From the IMG/VR virus record IMGVR_UViG_3300035698_012408: DNA of 64,000 bases; one strand, written 5' to 3'. Positions 53,089 through 61,802 of the stretch are shown here, one piece after another. The translations under genes and the position numbers were made by a program. The notes under the pieces were generated by a model, which was not told the DNA's origin, made no database searches, and worked only from the letters and a program-made list of their open reading frames with translations. How positions within the stretch are numbered: position 1 is the stretch's first letter; every line of letters starts with the position of its first letter. This DNA is from a virus.

Positions 53089-53925
53089 TCAACCCTTGAA
53101 AGCCTTCACACTATCTGCCATAGCGTACGGGGGATTGACATAAAAACCAATGCGACCCTTGGAGCCCCGATGCCACGTGCGTCGAGGACGTACCAATGAA
53201 ACCACACCAAAATGCTGACACACAAACGGCACCAATAACCCTGCCCAGAGTCCGTTCCGCGATGCTGCTTTCTTCAATTGATCATCAAACTTCTGTTTTG
53301 TATTATGCTTGCGCCTGAAGAAATTATCAAGCGTAGTAAACCCTTCCCGTGTTACGTACAAACACTGCGCGGTGATCCCGCCCTCGCGCACACGCTGCTT
53401 ATCGCAGTTCTTTATTTTCTTGTTCAGATGCAGTCCCGAGAGGATTGCCAGCGGTTTAGCGAATAATAACTCATCCGCCGCCACCTGCGTCAAGCGTTCG
53501 TACCAATCCTCTTTGAATATCACATCATCTTGTAGCAAGATGACCCCAGGAGCATCAGGATATTTGTCGAACATGCGACAGACAGCTTGGCAGGACGCAT
53601 TGACCACGCCAGCCGGCTTCTTCCCTAGCCGCACGACACCGACACGTCCACGCAATCCTACAGGTGGCTTCGCACTTTTGTTGATTACGTCAAGCCCCAA
53701 CTTCTTCCACATGGCATGTTGTGGCCACTTGTGTTCCGACCCTGTCCCTCGGGCGGTAGTGTAGTACGTTCGGGCCTCCGTGGTGTCGCTGGCATCATCA
53801 AACACAGTCAGCGGCACAGCTTCAGGAAGCCGTGTCGCCGACAATGATCGTAAGGTCACGTCAAGGTAATGAATACGGTTACGTGATATGATGCCAATCG
53901 GCACCAGTTTACCAACTTCTGCCAA
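53089..53925 (-). CDS. GT-A glycosyltransferase (GT2-like)
   Basis: IGIISRNRIHYLDVTLRSL....PLTVFDDASD and ILLQDDVIF. TTG start 7 nt after AGGAG. Confidence 0.5.
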   Translation of the reverse strand: MAEVGKLVPIGIISRNRIHYLDVTLRSLSATRLPEAVPLTVFDDASDTTEARTYYTTARGTGSEHKWPQHAMWKKLGLDVINKSAKPPVGLRGRVGVVRLGKKPAGVVNASCQAVCRMFDKYPDAPGVILLQDDVIFKEDWYERLTQVAADELLFAKPLAILSGLHLNKKIKNCDKQRVREGGITAQCLYVTREGFTTLDNFFRRKHNTKQKFDDQLKKAASRNGLWAGLLVPFVCQHFGVVSLVRPRRTWHRGSKGRIGFYVNPPYAMADSVKAFKG

Positions 53926-53935
53926 TTCTCTGCTC

Positions 53936-56053
53936 CTAGTTTAAGTCGATAAACCTGCTCTGCTTACCGAATTCCCGTTGAATGTCCGCTTCCTTCCTTC
54001 CGTGATACCACGCCATGAGCTGCTGCTCCGCGGAGGAGACGTCTCTTGGCGTGTTCTCCTCCAGCACTCGCAACACGGGATTGTCGACCGCCGCGGCCTG
54101 CTTCCCATACTGCTGCTGCAACACCATCTCTCGCCCTTGCAGTGACGCGTCTCGTTTGATCTCGTCCATCTGGGACTTGACCAACGCATGAATCGTCGGA
54201 TCTTCCTGCTTGAGCTGAATGAGGAAGGAATCCTTCTGTGACTCTGGCATGGCTATGGCCTGCTGGGCCAACGTGGACGCCGTGGTATTCATCTCCTCGA
54301 CAGACTGTGGCTTGTTAGGCAGCAATGGCTGCCCGGCCATGAACGCATACACGGCACCCTGCGGGCCTTGCGGCTGACCCATAGCGCCCATCGGCGGAGC
54401 AGGCTGCCCACCCGGGGCAGGTGCGGCTGGAGCGCCACCGCCCGGCATCGCGCCGGGCATTCCCTGCATGGCTGGCATCTGCCCACCCGCGGCTGCCGGA
54501 TCTCCACCAGGAGGTGGTTGAGGCAGTGCCATCTCATCCATGACGGCTGACTGCTCCATCTCTTCCTGCATATCCTGCGTGGCCTCGGCCGTGATCCGTT
54601 CTTCTTCCAGCTTGCGTCGCTCTTCTTCGGCGTACTCGATGCCGACGCTGGCGAGCCCGGTGGTTCGACTGACCTGTCCACCCATCATGAGCTGGAGCTT
54701 GGCCATCTGACGATTCAAGTCGTCCGCATGGGTGACCCGCTGCAATCGAGCGTTCACAGGTTCCCACGACATGACTTGACTGATCTTATCAACGAGCTTG
54801 TTGAGGAAGCGATTCAGATTATGTACGAGGTGACTCCAGTTGGCCTCAAACAGCCGCAGCGCGGCTGGAGCCGACTGAACGCTCAATGAGCCCTTGTAGA
54901 GCTCCACAGGGATACCGATGGACGTCAGCAGCGTATCCATGCCCAATTCCAGCAAGTCCTTCGGAGCGAGCTGTGTAGCGTCACCACCGAGGGCCTGATA
55001 ATCGATCGGGAACGGCAAGATGTTCCAGCGAGCTGGATCTCGTCGCCGCTGCTTGAGCATGTTATTCACACGCCCTGTGAACGACCCGAGATTGATGCTT
55101 AGGACTGGGTCATTGACCTCGCCACCCTGGCCTGGGCGTGGCTGCGGAGTGATCACGCGGAACGGGATCACGTAATCCAAGGCGATCGCTTCATTGTAGC
55201 GATGAAGCACCTGGACGTACCACGCCTGTCGGAAGTTGGCCAGCACACGCGAAATACCCCAGCCGCGATTTCTCACGCCGGCCAAGGCTTGTTCTTTCAT
55301 GTGGTAGACAACGTCGTTGTCAAACAGCAAGGCCTGATTATTCTGCACGGCCTCGACGATCTCCCAACTGGCCCGCTCCAGATGGAACAGATGACCCTTG
55401 CGCACCAGATTCTGGTAATCCTCGGGGATTCGCCAGATGAACGACGCGTCGTCCGTGTGCGGGTCCCACAGCACGTCTATCTCGTGTGGGTTCCATCGTT
55501 TGATCTTGATCTGGCCATTCTCGCCAGATCGACGATCGATATGCTCCCAGGCCCCTGTGTAATCACACTCGGGACATTTCGCGTTGAACTGATACCCAGT
55601 CCACGAGAAATTGAACATGTCCGTGTTGTAAACTCGCTTCAGCGGTAACTCCAGCCCGCAGTCGGGGCAGGCAAGATACCTGCGGAATGGGACCAGCAGA
55701 CTGGTGAAGCTGTTACCGTATACCAGATAGTCCAGAGCGACGGTGGCCAGCACGTCCTTGATACCCAGGGTATCGTTGAGGAAATCCTCGTACTTCTTCT
55801 TCTCCTCGCGGCCGATCCGTTCATCTCCGTCACCCGCTGACACGATCTCAATGTCGGTCAGGAAGTATGAGATGATCCGAGCAAGCGCAGAACGATATGG
55901 CCCATTGGCCATAGCGATATACTCACACCAGCGTAATGCGTCCCTGATAGTCGTGGGCATGGCCGTGGAGGCCACATCACAAAACGGGTCAGGAAAACGA
56001 TCGTCAGCGTGCGTATTACTCCCTTGTGTGGGAGAACTAAATAGGTTGGCCAT
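53936..56053 (-). CDS. portal (head-tail connector) protein, podovirus T7-type-like, with a zinc-ribbon insertion
   Basis: The segments DYLVYGNSFTSLLVPF and RGWGISRVLANFRQAWYVQVLHRYNEAIALDYVIPFRVITPQ parallel T7 gp8 QLVVAGNVLLYLP and ESYGRSYIEEYLGDLRSLENLQEAIVK...GLVNP. The C-terminus is Gly/Met/Pro/Ala/Gln-rich. The assignment is from memory, not a search. Confidence 0.55.
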   Translation of the reverse strand: MANLFSSPTQGSNTHADDRFPDPFCDVASTAMPTTIRDALRWCEYIAMANGPYRSALARIISYFLTDIEIVSAGDGDERIGREEKKKYEDFLNDTLGIKDVLATVALDYLVYGNSFTSLLVPFRRYLACPDCGLELPLKRVYNTDMFNFSWTGYQFNAKCPECDYTGAWEHIDRRSGENGQIKIKRWNPHEIDVLWDPHTDDASFIWRIPEDYQNLVRKGHLFHLERASWEIVEAVQNNQALLFDNDVVYHMKEQALAGVRNRGWGISRVLANFRQAWYVQVLHRYNEAIALDYVIPFRVITPQPRPGQGGEVNDPVLSINLGSFTGRVNNMLKQRRRDPARWNILPFPIDYQALGGDATQLAPKDLLELGMDTLLTSIGIPVELYKGSLSVQSAPAALRLFEANWSHLVHNLNRFLNKLVDKISQVMSWEPVNARLQRVTHADDLNRQMAKLQLMMGGQVSRTTGLASVGIEYAEEERRKLEEERITAEATQDMQEEMEQSAVMDEMALPQPPPGGDPAAAGGQMPAMQGMPGAMPGGGAPAAPAPGGQPAPPMGAMGQPQGPQGAVYAFMAGQPLLPNKPQSVEEMNTTASTLAQQAIAMPESQKDSFLIQLKQEDPTIHALVKSQMDEIKRDASLQGREMVLQQQYGKQAAAVDNPVLRVLEENTPRDVSSAEQQLMAWYHGRKEADIQREFGKQSRFIDLN

Positions 56054-56075
56054 CCCTAGCTCCTGGATATATTTT

Positions 56076-56089
56076 GGTACTTAGGAACC
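56076..56089. promoter_or_regulatory. copy 6 of the 14-nt motif (one mismatch: GGTTCCTAAGTACC on the minus strand)
   Basis: 22 nt upstream of the portal ATG. Its internal TAA is the stop codon of the upstream gene. Confidence 0.55.
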
Positions 56090-56257
56090 AGATGGGTCGA
56101 CGCGTCCCGCCACTTGATCCGCCAAGCGATGTGTCACGTCGTCATCCAGATTCTGGGTCTGTGAAGCTGCGGTAGCCTGCTTTTCTCCTGGTCGTTGGAC
56201 ATTCCGATCTTCGACATCGGGTGTCTGACCCGGCTCTACAACGGCTCGCTTTTCCAT
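56081..56257 (-). CDS. small hypothetical protein
   Basis: ATG 56257 after GGAGGG. Confidence 0.4.
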   Translation of the reverse strand: MEKRAVVEPGQTPDVEDRNVQRPGEKQATAASQTQNLDDDVTHRLADQVAGRVDPSGS

Positions 56258-56277
56258 CGGCGTACCCTCCTTCTGGG

Positions 56278-57405
56278 TTACTCTGGCGGCAGCGCACCGG
56301 TTTCCGTGATCATCAGAGTACAATGCTCCAAATGACCAACGGCGTACTGCACACCCGTTGTTTGTACCCGATAAACCTCCTCCGTACCAGTGACATTCAT
56401 GGCCAACGGTGGAGGATTATCACTTTCGGCCACCGGCGGGAACCACCGAGGCCCCTGGTATCGATTGTCGTAAACGAGAATGATAAATCCAGGCTGCACG
56501 ATCACGTCATGGTAATACGCCCTGTTCGTGCCATACCCTTCCATCTCGAAGACGACCTCGATCGTCGGCTGCGCCGGCCCTGCCTGAGCGCGAGAACCAG
56601 CTGGGGCTTCGTCACGCAGATCGATTGCCCTGAGCTCACGAGTGGGTTCGGGTGCTGGCGGCTGCTGGTTAAAGGCTGCCAGAGGAGCTACACGGCGCTG
56701 CGGGGCTGCGTGGGCCGCGGTTTGAAGCGTTGGAGCAGGAATCTCCTGCTGTACCGCAGGTTGCGGTGCAAACTGTTGTACAGCCACAGGTTGCTGTGCC
56801 TGCGGCGGCATCGGTTGAACGGGTTGTGCAACATACGGCTGCACGGGCTGCTGTGATTGATGGTGCATAACCGGTTGCTGTGCAACAGGTTGAGCCATCT
56901 CAAGCGGCTGCTCTTGCAACGCCGGGCCTGCCCCCGCGACAGTTGCGGCGATACCGTGCATGGTTGCCGCCCCTCGCAGTCGCAACGTCTCGATGCTCGT
57001 CGGTTCCGGTGTGACGTCGCGGGCCATAGCGATCCCAGCGGCCACAGTCTGCTGATTGATGTCGCCAAGCCGGACGCGTGAGCTCTGCCCGGCAATATGC
57101 GGATCAATCACGACCTCGATGTCGCTGGTTACGTGTGGGGACGTGCCCTGAGGGATGCCTCCCATCGTGGAACGTGGGATAATGGTACCATTCAACCCTG
57201 CGGGTCCGGGTCGCATTACGCCTGTCACAGGCGTGCCAGCAGCCGTACGCTCACCCGCGGCTGGGCGGTACCCATATTGCGTCTCAGGCGTAACAGGTCG
57301 GCCGGTGTCACGCTGGGGTAGAGGCTGTGCATCTCCATAGCCTCCGGTCTCTCCGTCGAAAAACGGGTCCAGCTGCACAATCCTATTGCGTTCTGTCATT
57401 ATCAT
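56278..57405 (-). CDS. hypothetical protein with a Gln/Pro-rich centre
   Basis: ATG ORF of 375 aa. It is the first gene after a strong terminator. Confidence 0.45.
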   Translation of the reverse strand: MIMTERNRIVQLDPFFDGETGGYGDAQPLPQRDTGRPVTPETQYGYRPAAGERTAAGTPVTGVMRPGPAGLNGTIIPRSTMGGIPQGTSPHVTSDIEVVIDPHIAGQSSRVRLGDINQQTVAAGIAMARDVTPEPTSIETLRLRGAATMHGIAATVAGAGPALQEQPLEMAQPVAQQPVMHHQSQQPVQPYVAQPVQPMPPQAQQPVAVQQFAPQPAVQQEIPAPTLQTAAHAAPQRRVAPLAAFNQQPPAPEPTRELRAIDLRDEAPAGSRAQAGPAQPTIEVVFEMEGYGTNRAYYHDVIVQPGFIILVYDNRYQGPRWFPPVAESDNPPPLAMNVTGTEEVYRVQTTGVQYAVGHLEHCTLMITETGALPPE

Positions 57406-57499
57406 ACCTTTCTGCGATTACACTGCTTATCTGCTCTGACGGGTAACAACTATAGCTTACCCCGTCAGCCACGAAAGGGCAACAGGGCTTCCAATAGCT

Positions 57500-57544
57500 A
57501 AAAAAAAGTCTACGACCGACCCGGGGTCACCCCCGAGCCGATCG
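57500..57544 (-). terminator. rho-independent terminator
   Basis: A 14-bp stem that is fully paired only on the minus-strand RNA (three G-U pairs) and a 4-nt loop. After a 5-nt spacer comes U8. Confidence 0.8.
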
Positions 57545-57552
57545 CACACGTA

Positions 57553-57876
57553 TCATTCCCATGAATCGGGAGCTAGTCCTGGGACCACTCCAGCATCCAC
57601 AAGTGTCAATCTCGGAACGCGGAAAAACAACACACCAACGCTGTCAAGCCCGTGTGAAAAATTACACAGTGCATCGGCCTGGGCTGGTTGAACCAGCACA
57701 AACCCACGGGCGTGGGCCTCGGCATGCGTATCGAAGTCCTCGACAACACAGGCTACCAGTGCCATTCGGCGACCGGGCCATCGCGGTAACACCCGCGGTT
57801 TGCCATCATACCGTGCGAGCCACGACTCTACCGGCTCGGCGCCGGTATTGAGTTCGTAGTTAGACGGTGACTTCAT
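57553..57876 (-). CDS. small hypothetical protein
   Basis: ATG 57876 after GAGGAG. It is the C-terminal part of track ORF 57553..58293. Confidence 0.4.
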   Translation of the reverse strand: MKSPSNYELNTGAEPVESWLARYDGKPRVLPRWPGRRMALVACVVEDFDTHAEAHARGFVLVQPAQADALCNFSHGLDSVGVLFFRVPRLTLVDAGVVPGLAPDSWE

Positions 57877-59218
57877 CTCGCTTCTCCTCTTTCTGTTCCT
57901 GCTGCTTGGTCTGCGGCTGGTGGGCCCAACCACTGGACGCCGGCCAGAAATTGGCTGACACCCGCTCACGTTCGAGCGTGTGGCTATCGAACCGCAGGGC
58001 GTCCTCCAGGTCGAGCCGCGTGTCGCGATAGAGCACCTGCAAGCGGTGCATCTTACTCGCGAACAAGGGTTTCCCGGGGCTGCGAGCAGCCGCCAAGAGA
58101 TCCTCATCCGTGCAAAGCGGAGAGAGTGCCGGCTTGGTCGTCTCAATATGGTGACGCACCAGCGCGACGGACTCTTTGTCCGACAGGACCGCAAGGAAGC
58201 GTGACGGGGCCTGAAGCGGCTTGTCATGCTCCACGATCGCCAAGTCAATGGCTGCATCGTCGAAGATCGCGGACGCCGGCCCGAGGGCCTCACGCACAGC
58301 GATCACCAACGCCAAGAGGCGATCATCTTCGCCAGCTCGTTCGAGCTCTTCCCGCAGGTCAAACCCAGCGGCTGCCGCACAAGCGGCGGCAGGGTTCGGG
58401 AACTCGAAGCCCGACATATCCCTGACGGGATTGTGGACCTCTTGCCCCTGAAGATGCCGATGGTCCTCCAGAACCTTCACGGCGCGTGCCACGGACGCGG
58501 GGTCCGCCACGTACCGATGATCGATCGCCCACAGGTTTGTGGGATTCTCCTCCGACTGCGGGGGGAGCCAAAGCTCCGGCCACTCAGTCTGAGCGAGCAT
58601 GTTGAGCGTATCCCCGTGCATCTGTCGCATCTCTTTGGGCGACTTGCCCATGTGAAGGCGGATGCGTTCAACGATCGCCGGGGTCACCTCTGCGTCGATA
58701 CTCGACATGTCCTGATAACACAGGAGGAAATGCGGGAGCTCCGGCACGACGCCGAGCTTCCAATTCTGCTCCGCCGCGCGGACGCGGGCAGCGTCCATGT
58801 CGAGGGCCAACGACACCCAGTCCCCGTTGGGGCGGTCGCCGGCCTTCACGCCATCCGTCGCGTAACGCGGATCGAGGATTCGACCACGAGCGCCAGGATG
58901 CGGGCCTCGGTGAAAATCATGCGACATCCTGACACAAGCGTAATCAACGCTCGCGCTGTGGACATCCAGTTGGGCTGTGATGCAACCCAGCTCAATAGCC
59001 TCGCGGCCGTCGTTCTCCCAGGACACCTGGATCTGGGCACTTGCCGTGCCGATAGGGACGACCGATCGTCCCTTCAGGTTCCACGTGATTCCCCACACGG
59101 GGAACAGACGCTTCGCCCGATGATACGGGCGTTTCGTGATCCGGGAGAAGTGGCGCTTGGCCAGGGGGTTGCTGGTCCTTGCGGACTTGCGAGTACGGGT
59201 GTTCGTGTTCTTCGACAT
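57860..59218 (-). CDS. hypothetical protein with a basic N-terminus
   Basis: ATG after AGGAG. 452 aa with no Walker A motif, so not called terminase. Confidence 0.45.
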   Translation of the reverse strand: MSKNTNTRTRKSARTSNPLAKRHFSRITKRPYHRAKRLFPVWGITWNLKGRSVVPIGTASAQIQVSWENDGREAIELGCITAQLDVHSASVDYACVRMSHDFHRGPHPGARGRILDPRYATDGVKAGDRPNGDWVSLALDMDAARVRAAEQNWKLGVVPELPHFLLCYQDMSSIDAEVTPAIVERIRLHMGKSPKEMRQMHGDTLNMLAQTEWPELWLPPQSEENPTNLWAIDHRYVADPASVARAVKVLEDHRHLQGQEVHNPVRDMSGFEFPNPAAACAAAAGFDLREELERAGEDDRLLALVIAVREALGPASAIFDDAAIDLAIVEHDKPLQAPSRFLAVLSDKESVALVRHHIETTKPALSPLCTDEDLLAAARSPGKPLFASKMHRLQVLYRDTRLDLEDALRFDSHTLERERVSANFWPASSGWAHQPQTKQQEQKEEKRDEVTV

Positions 59219-59248
59219 CGTTCGGTCTCCTATGAGAAGCCATATTCA

Positions 59249-59458
59249 TTACGATACCGGGACAAGTTTGCGTAGATCTTCAGCCCTGGTGGACTCGACC
59301 TCCTCGATCGCCCCAAGCTGGTCCCACTCAGCTTGAGAGATAGTTAATTGCCTGCCCGGCTTTCCCTTCTCCCGACTGTAAAGAGTCAGGAGGAGTCCAC
59401 CGGGTACCCGTCGCATGCGCTTGACGGGCTTGCCTTCGTAGAATCGTGTTTTAGGCAT
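59249..59458 (-). CDS. small hypothetical protein
   Basis: ATG 59458. An AT-rich region lies upstream. Confidence 0.35.
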   Translation of the reverse strand: MPKTRFYEGKPVKRMRRVPGGLLLTLYSREKGKPGRQLTISQAEWDQLGAIEEVESTRAEDLRKLVPVS

Positions 59459-59599
59459 CAGTTCGCTTTCATGGTACGGTCCTCCATAAAGTAGAATAAG
59501 CGAAAATTCGCACGGGGCCACGGCCTAAATGTGGTAACCCAAAACGTAAGTACAAGTCTTCATGTTATATGACGTGTAATACGCCTGGATTTAGCACCT

Positions 59600-60439
59600 T
59601 TAGTCATCGAACATCGGCGTGTCGCCGGTGCTGACTATCGCAGGTGGCCCCGGCACATTTTCACCATCGACAGCGTCACCGCCGTCGGCCGTCTCGTCTG
59701 ATTCGTCGGTCTCTTCGTCGTCGAAGTCTTCTTCCAGCGGATCTGTCGGTGCCACGTTCTTATCCAGTGACGGACCGACCCAGCCGAATTCTTCATCGTC
59801 GAGCGAGTCACCTTCGGGTATCTCGAATAACGGCAATGCACCCAATGGAGTACGAAGGAATCTATTTGGTCCTCTAGTAACAATCAATCGCTGCCCGAGG
59901 AACGGGAACAAGTGACACGACGTACCAAGCAGCTCCCGCACTACGGTGATCAGCTCGGTCACACACTCGAACGCTTCCACACGCGGCCAGTCATCCTCGG
60001 GAATGACGACGAGATGATACATCTGGTCCGTCTGCCGCTGCTGGTTCAACAGTGCCGCCAACAACGTCTGTGCCGCTGGTGGTATCAACGCATCGCCCGG
60101 ACTTGGCGCGCGGGGCGGCGGAGTCACGGCCGCAACAGGTTGCTCCCCTGCTTCGACTACCGGTGCCGTCTTAGGTCGAACCCGAGGCTTCGGTTTCGGC
60201 GGCATCGACGGCGGGGGTGGCGGCGTCCTCTTCTGCTGTGGAGACTGGGACTGCCCGTCGTCCTTCTTCTTCCTCGGACCCCCGCCCGTCAGTGGCGCTC
60301 CCACCATTGCCCCAGGCTCCGGCTTGGACGGTGCCGGAACCCGCGGTGGCATTACCGGGGTCGACACCTTCGCCGGTGCAGTCGGCGTGGGGGATTGGAC
60401 CGTTTCGGAGGGCGGCGTCTGTTTGTTGTTGTCCGGCAT
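59600..60439 (-). CDS. hypothetical protein with a Pro-rich N-terminal half and an acidic C-terminus
   Basis: ATG 60439 lies 8 nt after GGAG. Confidence 0.45.
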   Translation of the reverse strand: MPDNNKQTPPSETVQSPTPTAPAKVSTPVMPPRVPAPSKPEPGAMVGAPLTGGGPRKKKDDGQSQSPQQKRTPPPPPSMPPKPKPRVRPKTAPVVEAGEQPVAAVTPPPRAPSPGDALIPPAAQTLLAALLNQQRQTDQMYHLVVIPEDDWPRVEAFECVTELITVVRELLGTSCHLFPFLGQRLIVTRGPNRFLRTPLGALPLFEIPEGDSLDDEEFGWVGPSLDKNVAPTDPLEEDFDDEETDESDETADGGDAVDGENVPGPPAIVSTGDTPMFDD

Positions 60440-60710
60440 TCTGTGGCTCCACGTAAAGTACGGTTAGCCCAAGTGTCACGCACTTGAGCTGGTACGGGTC
60501 TTCTTTACTCCCATGCCATGCTGTGTGCATACCCAGCTGGCCAGGGTGAATAATAAGATAACCTGTCTTGTTTACCCACTCGTTGACCTGGGCATCCAAG
60601 GACAGGCTTTCTTCCTTAGTCTCCTCGCGGGAGACCTCAACGAACACACTGGGTGACTCGCGTCTATACCAGCGGTTCTCTGCAAACGTCTTAGTCCGAC
60701 GCAGTTGCAT
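60171..60710 (-). CDS. hypothetical protein; 3' end doubtful
   Basis: The N-terminal ~90 aa look protein-like. The remainder runs 269 nt into the next gene in another frame. Confidence 0.35.
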   Translation of the reverse strand: MQLRRTKTFAENRWYRRESPSVFVEVSREETKEESLSLDAQVNEWVNKTGYLIIHPGQLGMHTAWHGSKEDPYQLKCVTLGLTVLYVEPQNAGQQQTDAALRNGPIPHADCTGEGVDPGNATAGSGTVQAGAWGNGGSATDGRGSEEEEGRRAVPVSTAEEDAATPAVDAAETEASGST

Positions 60711-61053
60711 CTACGGCCTCCTTTTGTGGTTGTTGGTTAGCTCGTCGCGACTGCTGCCCTCGCTTACCAGCGGTTGATCGCCCCTGTCGCTTCTTGGCGA
60801 ACTCCCCGGCTGGCATGTCGAAGTCAAACTGTACCGGTGCTCCATCCCGTCGCTGCACTGTGAACTCGCCGGTGTTAGCATTGAATAGCACCACGGCCTT
60901 ACTCTCCGCCCCGCCAGCGCCGGTGGCTGTCAGATAAGCAGCCTTGACAATATGCTGCCCCCGTAACGTGACGGGCGTAGCATCAATAGCCCTGACCTGC
61001 ATCTGCACATCCACGACTTCCAGTTCTTGCGGCGGTTCAATCTTGAATTTCAT
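60691..61053 (-). CDS. hypothetical protein with a basic C-terminus
   Basis: ATG 61053 after GAAGGA. Confidence 0.45.
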   Translation of the reverse strand: MKFKIEPPQELEVVDVQMQVRAIDATPVTLRGQHIVKAAYLTATGAGGAESKAVVLFNANTGEFTVQRRDGAPVQFDFDMPAGEFAKKRQGRSTAGKRGQQSRRANQQPQKEAVDATASD

Positions 61054-61057
61054 CACG

Positions 61058-61786
61058 TCAATCCTTCTTCGGTAACAGCTGCTCTGGCGACGGTGGTGGT
61101 CCTATCACGGACGCACCCTCTAGCACCATATCAGCCTTTGGGTCCTCATGAACAAGGGTTGGTAACCCTGGGTAAACCATCGGCCGGATGTACGAGAACG
61201 CTCGTGTGCTCGACACCCCGAACACCGTCAGTGGTACAGTGGGGATCTGCTCAATTACCGCCATCCGTTTGATCGCAGGAACATCCAGCATCTGCATCTC
61301 ATAAAAGTTGACCCTGCCGTAGAAATTGGTAGCCCGCTCCATGACAGCTATGCCAGCCACCGTGTTGCGAAGCAGATCCCACCGCTCTCGCACTATCCCA
61401 CATAATCGATGATCCCAGTTCACGGGTCGACCAGCACACAGGCCGATACCCAACCCCGCGAAAAATGGATCTACATAATCCAATACAAAAGGCAGCTCCG
61501 CCGGATTGTCCGACGGATGCAGCCTATTGAACTCTTCAAGCGGGTCACGGTCGAACCGCCCCGCCGTGCAAATGACAGCAGTGGTAAAGAACTCAAATTC
61601 CTGGGCCATCTCTGCAAGCGTATAAACCTTGCGGACTTGTGTGCCATCGCCGTCTCCAGGCCTGCCGGCATCATGTTGCTCCACCCCTTTGACAGGAAGA
61701 CCTTTACGGCCCATCTGCTCCAGGTTGAACTCCGCCATAAGGTCTTCGTTCACGACGATCTTAGGTTTTTGTGGCTCTTCGGACAT
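61058..61786 (-). CDS. hypothetical protein
   Basis: ATG 61786 after AAGGA. The upstream portion of the track ORF was rejected because it overlaps the preceding gene. Confidence 0.45.
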   Translation of the reverse strand: MSEEPQKPKIVVNEDLMAEFNLEQMGRKGLPVKGVEQHDAGRPGDGDGTQVRKVYTLAEMAQEFEFFTTAVICTAGRFDRDPLEEFNRLHPSDNPAELPFVLDYVDPFFAGLGIGLCAGRPVNWDHRLCGIVRERWDLLRNTVAGIAVMERATNFYGRVNFYEMQMLDVPAIKRMAVIEQIPTVPLTVFGVSSTRAFSYIRPMVYPGLPTLVHEDPKADMVLEGASVIGPPPSPEQLLPKKD

Positions 61787-61802
61787 TACTGCTAATCCTT
61801 TG

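Noticed and set aside
57553-58293. The full 246-aa ORF 57553..58293.
   Set aside because: Its N-terminal two-thirds overlap the better 452-aa ORF in another frame and are Arg/Ser/Pro/Cys-rich. Only the last 107 codons are kept, starting at ATG 57876 with a GAGGAG SD.
57860-59218. Large terminase upstream of the portal.
   Set aside because: No Walker A/B ATPase motifs or nuclease motifs are visible in the 452-aa product or in neighbouring ORFs. The terminase and major capsid genes remain unidentified in this window.
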